DNA of 64,000 nucleotides from Eledone cirrhosa. Lineage: Eukaryota. The DNA lies in assembly GCA_964016885.1 (NCBI GenBank), contig OZ024743.1:352222001-352286000 (forward strand), in the 5' to 3' direction. Of the stretch, positions 1-11,731 are shown piece after piece; position 1 is the first letter of the stretch; every line of letters begins with the position of its first letter. The translations under genes were made by a program, and so were the position numbers. The notes beneath the pieces are model-generated. The model had not been told where the DNA came from. It did no database searches and saw nothing but the letters and a program-made list of their open reading frames with translations.

Positions 1-39
1 TTGACATAATCTTGTAATCTTGTATCAGTAATGACGGTA

Positions 40-77
<38 letters not shown>

Positions 78-633
78 AAGTGAGTAGCGTGTGTGTGTTT
101 GTTTGTATGTATGAGTGTTGCTGTGTGGGCGCGTATGTATGCGCGTGTGTGTATGTCGTACGTATAAGTGTCAATAAGTGAGTTTTTTTTTTTTTTTTTG
201 CGCGCGGGGACATAGAAATAATCGGGCTGGATGCCCGATCGCGCAGTTAAACCACTGGGAGTGCAGAACCCCTAGCCCTTGTCAGAGCATTCTTCTAGGA
301 GAAGGCATCTCAGGAAACTGGGTTAACTCTGACATAAAACCTACGGCTCAGTAGTTACCGATGATGTCGATCTTTTCTTCTTTTCGGGTTATAGCTACTG
401 TCGCTCAGAGAGTGGGATTGGCTCAGTGCACAGTCTTTCCTCACTTTAAAAATATTCGTCACGCACAGGCATTGCACGAGTGCATTAATAATTATTAATA
501 GTGTATTATTATTATTATTGTTACTATTATTATTACTTTTCTTTTTCTTTTTTTTCTTATTCAATGATGTTCCAGAACAATATAAAAGAGATAATTGGCA
601 ATTTAGGTTCTGGAACAAAAAAGATAATTGGCA

Positions 634-3600
634 ATGAGGGCCCGCTCGTCATCGTGCCATTGTAATAGAGCCAAACAAGGCATTTAGTCTTGGCTGCTGG
701 AGCGTACGGACGCTGCTTGACAGGAATTCCTTGGAGCGTCCTGAACGAAGGACCGCTCTTGTTGCAAAGGAGCTTCGACGTTACGATCTTGACTTTATCT
801 GAGACGAGGTTAGCTGGAGATGGTCATCTTACAGAATTTTGTGGAGAATATACATTCTTCTGGAAAGGAAGAGATGAAGGAACCAGAAGAGAGGCTGGGG
901 TAGGATTTGCTGTTAAGACTGTTCTTGTGAATAAATTAGAAGAATTCCCAGTAGGGATTAGTGAGCGTCTTATGTCCATGAGAATTCCGCTGGACAAAGG
1001 AAGATATGCGACCCCGGTGAGTGTGTATGCTCCAACTATGAATTCTGTCGATGAAGAAAAAGTGTCCTTTTACCATGCCTTGAAAGGTGTTTTAAGAAAT
1101 ATCCCTCAGGCAGACAAAGTCATCGTGCTTGGTGACTTTAATGCTAGAGTGGGTAGGGATTTTAACACATGGAATGTAATCGGAAGGCATGGGGTGGGAA
1201 AGTGTAACAACAATGGTATGCTCCTCTGCAGATGTGTGAGGAGCTGGATCTGCGTGTTACCAACACCATGTTCCAACAAAAGAACAAATTCAAGACCACA
1301 TGGATGCACCCTGCATCTAAGGAATGGCATCTTTTGGACTACGTCCTAGTCAGGATGCGTGACAGACAGGATGTGCAGTGTGTTCGTGCTCTTCGTGGAG
1401 CTGAGTGCTGGACGGACCACCGCCTGGTACGCGCAAAAGTGAAACTAATCACTAAACGTAAAATCCGGGCTCCTGGTGTTGCTCTGCCCAAAAGATTGAA
1501 TGTTGCTCGTCGTAAGGATAAAAATGTGAAGAGGACATTGGAAGAAGAGATGCAGGCTGCAGATCTTGGTGAGGATTGGCCGATCCTTAAAAAGTCGGTT
1601 TATGATGTAGGCATGCGTGTTCTGGGATTGGTGCAGAGAAAACATCAGGACTGGTTTAATGAGAATGATGTACATATAGAAGACTTGTTGGCTGATAAGA
1701 GGTGTGTTACTTGACGGCAAAACCACAGGAGAGGAATACGTTGCATGAGGAACTCAAGGGTGTAAAATTACGTGTTAGACGGAGTCTTTCTCAGATGAAG
1801 GATCAGTGGTGGAGTGAGAAGGCTGGTGAGATACAAACTGCGTCAGATTCCAATAACACAAAGCTGTTGTACAGTCTCTTGCGTGAGGTTTATGGACCGT
1901 CTTCTTCTCTGGTGACACCGCTTCGCAGCAAGGATAGCAAAGAACTTCTTCGTGACTCACAAGGAATTCTACGAAGGTGGCGAGAGCACTTTGATGATCT
2001 TTTGAATCAGCCGTCTGTCGTCAGTGAAGATTTCCTCAATCTCATTCCAGAAAGTTCTGTGAAAGTAACTCTCGCAGAACCTCCGACGCTTGTGGAGGTT
2101 GCAGTGGCTATCTCGAAGCTGAACAGTGGAAGGTCTCCAGGTATGGATGGCATACATGCTGAGCTCCTACAATATGGTGGTGAGTGACTTCTGCAACATC
2201 TTCACTCTTTGTTTGGCAGGATATGGGCTAATGGATCCGTACCTGAGGACTGGAGAGATGCAGTAATGGTGGTCTTGTACAAGGGAAAGGGTAACAGGAA
2301 TGATTGTGGGAACTACAGAGGTATATCATTGCTTTCTGTCGTAGGGAAAGTTTTATGTAGGGTGCTTCTGGACCATCTGCTGACACACATTGCAGATTGT
2401 GTTCTTCCTGAAAGTCAATCTGGTTTTCGTGCTGGACGCGGCACTACTGATATTATCTTCTCAGCTAGACAGCTCCAGGAGAAGTGCATGGAATAGGGTT
2501 TGGATCTGTATCAGGTTTTTGTCGATCTGACAAAAGCTTTCGATACTGTTAACAGAGGTGCATTTTGGAAGGTTCTCCAGACACTTGGTTGCCCTGATAA
2601 GTTCCTTGCTTTAGTTAGGTCTTTCCATGACGACATGAAGGCTTGGGTTAATGTCGGAGGTAACATGTCGGAGCCTATCTCAGTAAAAAATGGAATGAAA
2701 CAGGGGGATATTCCAGCACCGACCCTGTTTGCCATATAATTTGCAATGGTTTTCTGTATTGCATTCAGGAATTGCGAGCATGGTGTTTACATCCGATATC
2801 GAACCTCAGGCAGCATATTTAACATCAGGCGCTTTGCTGCAAAGACAAAAGTATTTACATCAATCATAAGAGACCTCTTGTATGCAGATGATTGCGATCT
2901 TGTAGCGCACACAGAGAGTGATATGCAGCACATTTTGAATGCATTTTCTGACGCTTGCACTGCCCTAGGATTGACTGTCAGTCTCAAGAAAACCGTCGTC
3001 ATGTACCAACCTGCCCCTGGTAAGCAGTACACTGAACCAAATATCTATGTGTATGGTAAACGACTTGCAGTGGTTGATCAATTTGTCTACCTGGCAAGCA
3101 CTGTCAATCGATACGGCAACCTTGACAGTGAAATCTCCCTTAGGATTAGGAAAGCAAGTGATGCTTTCGGAAAGCTAGAAAGGGGACTCTGGGGTCGGCG
3201 AGACATATGCAGGAGGACAAAGGTAAAGGTATACAAGGCATGTGTGCTCTCTTGTCTTCTTTATGCCTGCGAGACCTGGGTCACATATCGACACCACCTT
3301 AAGCAATTGGAGCGTTTCCATCAGATGTGTCTCAGATGGATCCATGGCGTTCACTGGAGGGACCACATCAGTGATGTCGAGATTTTTGAAAGCTGTATGT
3401 GTGACAGTATAGAAGCTCTTGTGCTTAAGCAACGACTCCGTTGGAGTGGTCACCTTGCCAGGATGAAGGATTCTAGAATACCAAAACAACTCTTTTATGG
3501 AGAGTTGGTTAAAGGAAAACGACCGCCACATAAACCAAAAAAGAAGTATAAGGATTCGTTGAAAGCCTCTTTGAAAGACGCTAACATCTCTGCTGATACA

Positions 3601-4158
3601 TGGGAAAATATTGCTGTTGATTGTAATAGATGGAGAAAGACTGTATATGAGGGAAAAGTTGCCTTTGAGGCATCTCGAATCGCATACGAGAAAGTAAAGC
3701 GGGATGTGAGGAAGGGCATTGCTGTTGCACTTCCAGACGGCGATGGTCCTCCTATGGTGCTGACATGCAGCGTCTGTGCGAGACTCTGCCTAAGCAAAGC
3801 TGGACTGGAAAGTCATTTTCGCAGTCATAAAGTAAGGCCAGTGGTTGACTATCAGGCTGCTGTTAGAGATGCTACTCATCATGCTTGCCAAGCATGTGGT
3901 AGAGAATGTAAATCAGCAGGAGGGCTCAAACGACATGCAAAAGTACATGAACTCCAACCACAGCCGGGTATTCGCAGTGAATGTTTTGGTTGCCGACTCT
4001 GTGCAAGACATTTTAGATCATTGGCTGGGCTAAAAAGCCACATTCGATCGCAGCGCTGTTAGTTGCTATCGTGTGTGTGTGTGTGTGTGTGTGTAGATAT
4101 GTTTATGTGTGTGCGTGTGTGTGTATATATATATATGTATATTATTATTGTTGTTGTC

Positions 4159-4197
<39 letters not shown>

Positions 4198-4382
4198 GTT
4201 ATTAATGTATATGTGTGTATGTATATATATATGTGTGTATATATGTATATGTATGTGTGTATATATATATATATATTTCTTTTTTTATTTTATTTTATTT
4301 TTTATTTATTTATTAATATATATATATATTTTTTTTTCTCCCGGTGCAATGGCCATACTCGATAACGAGGGGTCAGCCATCG
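634..4382 (+). mobile_element. RTE-clade non-LTR retrotransposon (APE endonuclease + RT + 3 C2H2 fingers), disrupted by frameshifts and stops
   Basis: CWSVRTLLD...RPERRTALVAKEL near 680-790; APE motifs LSETR, SVYAPT, LGDFNARVG, LLDYVL, WTDHRLV; RT motifs NYRGISLL, QSGFR, FVDLTKAFD, KQGD, LLYADD; RLRWSGH; frame split over ORFs 690-4062; short GC-richer 3' terminus at 4340-4382 abutting (TA)n. Confidence 0.93.
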
Positions 4383-4459
4383 TATATATATATATATATA
4401 TATTTCGTTTCTGAATTTGTTTAGCAAGATTGTTTATCTGAAATCGTGTGTTGAAACCG

Positions 4460-4610
4460 ATATTGTTATACTTTGGGAGGGTCATGTTGCCAATAAGAAA
4501 CACACGCACCAGTTGCTTTCACTTCAATTTATTATAATAAATTGAAGTGAAAGCAACTGGTGCGTGTGTTTCTTATTGGCAACATGACCCTCCCAAAGTA
4601 TAACAATATA
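4460..4610. repeat. Perfect palindrome, ~75-bp arms (also ~32115-32265 and ~59091-59241)
   Basis: atattgttatactttgggagggtc...aatttattataataaatt...gaccctcccaaagtataacaatat is its own reverse complement around ~4535. Confidence 0.92.
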
Positions 4611-4754
4611 TATATATATATATATAATGTAGGAGGTGAGTTTTATTGTAGTACAATAAAGCAATGCAGATATCGGATAAGTAGCACTCTACAGTTTGTA
4701 GGACTGGAGTATAAATAATATATAAGATCAAAAGATTGTTAAAAGAGTTCCATG

Positions 4755-4825
4755 TATTTTATTATGCGCATTTCAAAAACAAATATCATCATGCGATAAC
4801 ATTTGCGTTTTCGTCAGATAAAATA
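4755..4825 (-). ncRNA. Type I hammerhead ribozyme motif, family A (also 32410-32480, 59386-59456)
   Basis: Minus strand: tattttat CTGACGA aaacgcaaatgttatcgcatgatgatatttgttttt GAAA tgcgca TA ataaaata; 8-bp stem I, paired stem II, palindromic stem III ATGCGCAT. Confidence 0.85.
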
Positions 4826-5325
4826 GGGAGACATGATATGAAGGTTAAAAAACACTTGTGAATAGTGCCGTTTTAAATCAACATATGAAACGTAGTATTA
4901 GATTGATGTGTGATATTGGGAAAAAAAAAATTATGGGGGGGGGGCGGGGTTGGAAAGGATGAAAAAAAGGAGGAGATGAGAGTAAAAAGTGGAGGGGAGG
5001 AGTATAATGAGGAAGGATGAGATAGGAGGAGAGATGGGTGATAGAGAGAGAGAGATATCTTTTATAACTGAGAAAAATATATTGTTTTACATAGAGAGGT
5101 TAAAAAACCGTTGGAAGATAATATATAAATTAAAAGAATTTGAAAATTAACGAAGAGAAAAATTTAGAATAATGTTAAATTAAGGTTTGTATATTGGAGG
5201 GTTTAATAATATGGGCGATGAAAAGAAATTGTTAATATGTATTAAGAATAATATTTAAGGGTTTAATAATATGTGCGATGGAAAGAAATTGTTGATATGT
5301 ATTATTAAAAAATGGTACTTCTGAA

Positions 5326-7005
5326 GTGATTGGTTGGTTCAACAAATTGAATAAGAAAAACAAACAAAAATTTATTCAATTTGATATTGCCAGCTACTAT
5401 TCTTCTATTTCGCCCTCACTTCTCAACAATGCTCTATCTTTCGCTTACAAATATTCAGACATCACCACATATGAACTTCACATCATTCTCACCGCACGTA
5501 AAACCATCCTACAGTTCAACAATGAATATTGGACCAGAGCTGATACCTCTAACAACTTTGACATCACAATGGGAGCATCCGATTCATCCCAATTGACAGA
5601 TTTAATTGGTATCTTTATTTTGAACTCTTTGAATCGGAAAATTCCTCAACTTCGCGGTGGAATTTATCGTGACGATGGACTCTTTACTATCTTAAATTGC
5701 AACATAGTTAACCTTAATATTATTAAGAACAATATACGTAATCTCTTTAACCAACATAACTTAAAAATTGAATTTGATAACAGCATCAAACTAGCTAATT
5801 TCTTGGATGTATCTCTTAATCTTGACACTGGCCTATATTACCCTTACCATAAAAACAATGAGAACCTAAATTATGTTAATTTTAAATCTAACCACCCCAC
5901 TAATATTAAGAATGCTATAGATAGTAATATTGGAAAAAGAATATCCAACCTATCTTCTAATAAAAACATCTTTGATGCTAACGCCAATTACTATAATAAC
6001 GCGCTTTCTAAAGCCGGTTATCCTGATAAAATCAAATATAGTAAAGAAACAAATGCTAGAAGATCTTACAGTAGAATAATTAATCATGATCATTCCAATA
6101 ATTTTAATAAAAGACCTAGATACAAAAGCATAATCTGGTATAATGCTCCTTTCTCCATCTCTATTAATAATAATATTCCTAAATTATTCTTTAGTGCCTT
6201 AAATAAATGCTTCCCTCCCTCACATATCTATAGTAAAATATTTAACAAACACACTATAAAATTTTCCTATTCGACCTCCTCCAACATCTCCAACATTATC
6301 TCTAAACACAACAATAAAATACTAAATACTAAATCTCTTCCTTCCAACACTGAATATCATAATAATAGTAATAGTACTCCCGACGTCATTGTTAACTCTA
6401 GGCTAATTTCTGCAAACCCAAATACAACGTCAAACGCAACTTCGTTAAATGTTCTCAATCCCATTCTAAATCAAGAAACTATTATTCCTATCGTAAATAA
6501 CTTCTCCAATCCAATTCCTTCTATAGATAACAGTAGGTCACTTGTTAATAACTCTGTTAATTTCTCTAATCGCAATTGTAATTGCCCTGTTAAAAATAAA
6601 TGTCCTCTCAACAACCATTGTCTTGAAAAAAACTTAATCTACGAATGTAAAGTTATAACTGACACCAATTCCTTTACCTATTTTGGCTCCACTTCCACCT
6701 CCTTTAAAGCTCGTCTTTATAATCATCATTCGTCTTTTAAATACCAACTTAAAAGAACCAACACGGCACTCTCAGAACTCATATGGTGCTTGAAAGACAA
6801 ACATATTAACTATAACATCTCTTGGAAGAAGGTTTGTTCTGCTTTTCCATACTTGAATAATTCTCTATCCAAGACATGCAATCTCTGTTTATGTGAAAAA
6901 TTTACCATTATATCTAATTTAGATCCTATAATAAATAGACGCACTGACTTGTTTTCGCTCTGCTTTCATAAATTCCACAGAACATTCCATAAAGTATACA
7001 GCTAA
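5326..7005 (+). CDS. PLE reverse transcriptase (N-terminally truncated) + GIY-YIG endonuclease, Naiad-like
   Basis: FDIASYYSSI, MGASDS, IYRDDGL, NFLDVSL, SNHP, WYNAPFS; CxCx5Cx5C linker CNCPVKNKCPLNNHC; LIYEC...TYFG...FKARLYNH; CNLCLCEK; INRR...CFH. No true start codon. Confidence 0.9.
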   Translation: MIGWFNKLNKKNKQKFIQFDIASYYSSISPSLLNNALSFAYKYSDITTYELHIILTARKTILQFNNEYWTRADTSNNFDITMGASDSSQLTDLIGIFILNSLNRKIPQLRGGIYRDDGLFTILNCNIVNLNIIKNNIRNLFNQHNLKIEFDNSIKLANFLDVSLNLDTGLYYPYHKNNENLNYVNFKSNHPTNIKNAIDSNIGKRISNLSSNKNIFDANANYYNNALSKAGYPDKIKYSKETNARRSYSRIINHDHSNNFNKRPRYKSIIWYNAPFSISINNNIPKLFFSALNKCFPPSHIYSKIFNKHTIKFSYSTSSNISNIISKHNNKILNTKSLPSNTEYHNNSNSTPDVIVNSRLISANPNTTSNATSLNVLNPILNQETIIPIVNNFSNPIPSIDNSRSLVNNSVNFSNRNCNCPVKNKCPLNNHCLEKNLIYECKVITDTNSFTYFGSTSTSFKARLYNHHSSFKYQLKRTNTALSELIWCLKDKHINYNISWKKVCSAFPYLNNSLSKTCNLCLCEKFTIISNLDPIINRRTDLFSLCFHKFHRTFHKVYS

Positions 7006-7383
7006 TATCTAATACTTTACCAATTTAAAATCCTTTTCTCAAAGGCACATATATATATATATACATATATATTTCTTTAAAAATATACCCATCTTTCTAC
7101 CTTATTTCAATGTTATTTATTATACATTATATAATACTAGTTACTCATTCTATATCACTCCTATTTATCACTTCCCTTTCTTTCTTTTTTCCTTTTTTCT
7201 TTTCTTTTTTCTTTTAATTTCTAACCTCTAATCTGTACCTTTTCTTCCTAGATACTTCTCAATTCTCATTATTACCCACCACAATATATCCTTACTTTAT
7301 ATCACCTTGAAAAATCCTTCGTAAACATAAACATTTTTTTGACGTTAGATTATTCATCATCAATTCATTATTTTTTTCTCGGA

Positions 7384-7560
7384 TTGGCAGTATCGGTAGA
7401 GGGTCGGACGCCATGCTTTCCAGCATAGTTACGTCCTTTTACGATCTGAGTTCAAATCCCGCCGAGGTTGACTTTGCCTTTCATCCTTACGGGGTCGATA
7501 AAATAAAGTACCAGTAATGCACTGGATAATTGCTGGCCTTGTGCCTAAAGTAGAAACAAT
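7384..7560 (+). mobile_element. tRNA-derived SINE in the PLE 3' UTR (also ~35041-35217, ~62024-62200)
   Basis: A-box-like tggcagtatcggtag, B-box gagttcaaatccc, body gttgactttgcctttcatccttacggggtcgataaaataaagtaccag repeated at other sites in the window. Confidence 0.8.
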
Positions 7561-7838
7561 TATTTTTTTCTCCCTTTCATGCTCAACTAACTTATACATA
7601 TTACACTTATTCATCCACTCTACTTCTTTTCACAATATATCCTTAATTACATTACTATTGTTATATTTTTATATTTTTTAATAATACATATCAACAATTT
7701 CTTTCCATCGCACATATTATTAAACCCTTAAATATTATTCTTAATACATATTAACAATTTCTTTTCTTCGTACATATTATTAAACCCTCCAATATACAAA
7801 CCTTAATTTAACATTATTCTAAATTTTTCTCTGCGTTA

Positions 7839-9900
7839 TATAAGGTATGTATATACGTTCAACAATCTGGCAGGAAGTTATACGTTGCTGACGATAGCTA
7901 ACAAGCTTGAAACTAGTACAGCGTTCCTTTGTCAGTGTTGAACAAACGAGCAACGGTGGTTGCTAGACACTACGGCTTAATACAGGATGTTTGTTTACAA
8001 ACACACCGAGCGTTATAATAAATGTGCGGTGACTCCATACGTGCATATAAATATATGTGCATGTATGTATATATATATATACATACTACTGTACGTCTGT
8101 ATACATATATGTATGTACGTGTACATACTTATATTTAAGTAAAAGCCGTACTAAGAATGGGAAATGAAATTTCGTTTCATTTTTTCCGTTTATCGTTTTC
8201 CCACACTTAGTACGGCTTTTACTTAAATATAAGTATGTACACGTACATACATATATGTATACAGAGGTACAGTAGTATGTATATATATATATACATACAT
8301 GCACACATATATATATGTACGTGTGGATTCACCGAACATTTATTATAATGCTCAGCGTGTTTGTAAACAAAGATCACGTATTAAGCCGTAGTGTCTAGTA
8401 ACCATCGTTGCTCGTTTGTTCAACACTGACAAAGTAACGCTGTACTAGTTTCAAGCTTATTAGCTAACGTCAGCAACGTATACCCACCTGCCAGATTGTT
8501 GAACGTATATACTTACCTTATGCATATTAACGGGTGAGTAGCCCAATTTGCATATCGAGTGGGTTAATCGGCCGGGTGCAACGAAAACGATAAACGGAAA
8601 AAATGAAACGATATTTCATTTCCCACTCTTAGTACGGCTGTTACTTAAATATAAGAACGTACACGTACATACATATATGTATACAGACGTACAGTAGTAT
8701 GTATATATATATACATACATGCACATATATATATATTCACGTATAGATTCACCGAACATTTATCATAATGCTCGGTGTGTTTGTAAACAAACATCCCGTA
8801 TTAAGCCGTAGTGTTTAGCAACCACCGATGCTCGTTTGTTAAACACTGACAAAGGAACGCTGTACTAGTTTCAAGCTTGTTAGCTATCGTCAGCAACGTA
8901 TACCTTCCTGCCAGATTGTTGAACGTATATATTTACCTTATGTATATTAACGGCTGAGTAGGCCAATTTGCATATCGAGTGGGTTAATCGGGCGGGTGCA
9001 CCGAAAACAATAAGCGGAAAAAATGAAACGATATTTCATTTCCCACTCTTAGTACGGCTGTTACTTAAATATAAGTACGTAAACGTACATACATATATGT
9101 ATACAGACGTACAGTAGTATGTATGTATATATACATACATGCACACATATATATATGCACGTATGGATTCACCGAACATTTATTATAATGCTGGGTGTGT
9201 TTGTAAACAAACATCCCGTGTTAAGCCGTAGTGTCTAGCAACCACCGTTGCTCGTTTGTTCAACACTGACAAAGGAACGCTGTACTAGTTTCAAGCTTGT
9301 TAGCTATCGTCAGCAACGTATACCTTCCTGCCAGATTGTTGAACGTATATACTTACCTTATGCATATTAACGGCTGAGTAGCCCCATTTGCATATCGAGT
9401 GGGTTAATCGGCCGGGTGCAGCGAAAACGATAAACGGAAAAAATGAAACGATATTTCATTTCCTGCTCTTAGTACGGCTGTTACTTAAATATAAGTATGT
9501 ACACGTACATACATATATGTATACAGACGTACAGTAGTATGTATATATATATACATACATGCACATATATATATATGCACGTATGGATTAACCGAACATT
9601 TATCATAATGCTCGGTGTGTTTGTAAACAAACATCCCGTATTAAGCCGTAGTGTCTAGCAACCACCGTTGCTCGTTTGTTCAACACTGACAAAGGAACGC
9701 TGTACTAGTTTCAAGCTTGTTAGCTATCGTCAGCAACGTATACCTTCCTGCCAGATTGTTGAACGTATATACATACCTTATGTATATTAACGGCTGAGTA
9801 GGCCAATTTGCATATCGAGTGGGTTAATCAGGCGGGTGCACTGAAAACGATAAACGGAAAAAATGAAACGATATTTCATTTCCCACTCTTAGTACGGCTG
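7839..9900 (-). repeat. 420-bp HHR-bearing tandem array (4 monomers + partial) with an inverted partial monomer at 7839-8198
   Basis: cttagtacggc recurs near 8207, 8628, 9048, 9468, 9888 (period 420); HHRs on minus at 8437-8479, 8857-8899, 9277-9319, 9697-9739 and on plus at 7882-7924. Confidence 0.93.
7882..7924 (+). ncRNA. Minimal type I hammerhead ribozyme motif, family B
   Basis: acgttg CTGACGA t agct aaca agct t GAAA ctag TA cagcgt; 6-bp stem I, 4-bp stem II, palindromic ACTAGT stem III, GUA cleavage triplet. Confidence 0.85.
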
Positions 9901-11562
9901 CTACTCTATCTGTTCCGTCTCTATATATATCTCTTACTCTTTCGCTTTGCACTCCTCCCCTTCAATACCACCTCTCCCCCTCTCTATATATTTGTTACTC
10001 TATCGCTGCACGCTCCTCTCCTTCAATATATCAATTACACACGCTTTACACTCCTTTATCCCCAGCGCCCCTATATATACACCCCCCCTCTCCCGCATCT
10101 ATATTTTAATGTAGCGTTGCACCGTGAATATATGTGTCTATATATATATACATATATATTGTATATACACATTCATGTATGTGTATACACACTCATGTAT
10201 GTATATACACTGGTTTTATGTGTGTATTGTAAATTTGTACTGTTAAAACACGAAACTAACATTCGATTGACACTTTGATTACCTGTACAGGCAATAGTTA
10301 TTAGAATGCTGTTGAAGTGTGTATATATTTTAGGGGGACATCCTGTATATACACACATTATATATAATACAATAAACAGATAAATACACACATATATATA
10401 TGAGCTTATTTAATTATAAATATTGTGAATTTTTAACTCAGTTCAATTATATATATAAATGGCTTCTACAGGACTAGAACTGTTTCATTCGAAAGAAATC
10501 ATCATAATATTGAGAGGGGGGACTAGATAAAATATTTCAAATCAAATGTGTATAAGTTATAAGTTAAAATGTATAAATAGAGACGATAGTGGAGGTATAT
10601 CTGTTTAGTGGAACAGTAGACGATAGAATTAAATACAGACGAGAATCTCCCTTTAATGAAATAGCAGACGATAGAATTAAGGCAATTTAAATTTTAAGCA
10701 TTTGCATTTTTGCCTTTCATCGTTACGGGGTCGATAAAATAAAGTACCAGTAATACACTGTCACTAGACGACTTTCAAATTGAATTGTTGGTTCCATTTC
10801 TTTAGTATTTTCAATTGTAGTTATCTACTTAAAAAGCGTTACACGGTTAGAGACATAATTCGTAAGTTATATCTTCCCTATTAAACCATTGCATTATTTC
10901 GCCTACAATAGAACAAAAATGAAATGTTCTTTAAAGAAACAGGAATATAACTTTATAAAAAAAAAAGTTGCATCCGCTTCTTTTATCATTGATAATTTTT
11001 TCGTTTTAATATTAATTGTTTTTTGTAGTTGTTTATATTAAAAATCTTACTGTAATATTTACTTAAACGAAGGCAAACATCTAAACTTATAGATTAATCT
11101 TCTGCGAAGGACTAGATAAATCTCTCTCTCTCTCCCTCTCTCCCTCTCTCTCTCTATATATATATATATAAACGAAGAATGATAAAATTTCAAGCAAAGA
11201 GTTTAATTAGGTATATTTTGTAATATTATTAACTAATTATTATAATTAACGCGCATATTTTGCTATCCTCAAACACGTTTACACATGGCATGAAATATAA
11301 CTAATCCGAGATGGCTAGGTTTCATCTTCTAACTGGATATACGAAATCCATTATGTCTTGACAACAACATGAGGTAACATTATGTTATTCACAGACACAC
11401 TTTGTACACTGTTCCATATCAGAATGTATTTCCTTCGTCACATTCACAAACAGTATTGAAAATATGTTCTTCGGCAAATAAAAATGTTTTGTTCATAATA
11501 TTTCAACTAGCGATTGCTCTACTCCACGCACGACCACCATAAATTAATGACCAGCTCAACAC

Positions 11563-11731
11563 AAGTATTGGTAGAGCGTCAGACACCATGCTTTGCAGTA
11601 TTGTTATGGTCCTTTGCATTCTAAGTTCAAATCCTGCCGAGGTTAACTTCGACTTTCATACTTACTAATTCGATAAAATAAAGTACCAGTAATGGACTGC
11701 CGTAATGGATTTGTGCCGAAAAATAGAAACA
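11563..11731 (+). mobile_element. Diverged tRNA-derived SINE (copy 2 ~39639-39807); partial copy at ~10705-10760
   Basis: aagttcaaatcctgccgaggttaac...cgataaaataaagtaccagtaatg matches the 7384-7560 family. Confidence 0.7.

Larger units (their letters stand above)
4627..7838 (+). mobile_element. Naiad-like PLE, 5'-truncated, preceded by an inverted copy of its 3' UTR/pLTR
   Basis: RT/GIY-YIG ORF at 5326-7005; ~5150-5312 is the reverse complement of ~7672-7838 (the match extends further in copy 3, to ~62632); the inverted segment carries an HHR at 4755-4825. Confidence 0.85.

Noticed and set aside
1106-3797. Minus-strand ORFs overlapping the RTE
   Set aside because: Antisense shadows of the LINE coding sequence with no motifs.
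4430-4470. ctgaaat...gaaac resembling an HHR core
   Set aside because: Core does not match CTGANGA and stems I/II do not pair.
7384-7460. Possible tRNA gene
   Set aside because: A and B boxes are present but there is no cloverleaf, and it is followed by a dispersed SINE body.
10465-10515. Degenerate HHR-like string on minus strand (atgatga...gaaac)
   Set aside because: Core C3 missing and no complementary stem I.
11310-11480. Cys-rich minus-strand frame (DMEQCTKCVCE*HNVTSCCCQ) as a possible host exon
   Set aside because: In-frame stop, no convincing splice sites and no recognisable family.
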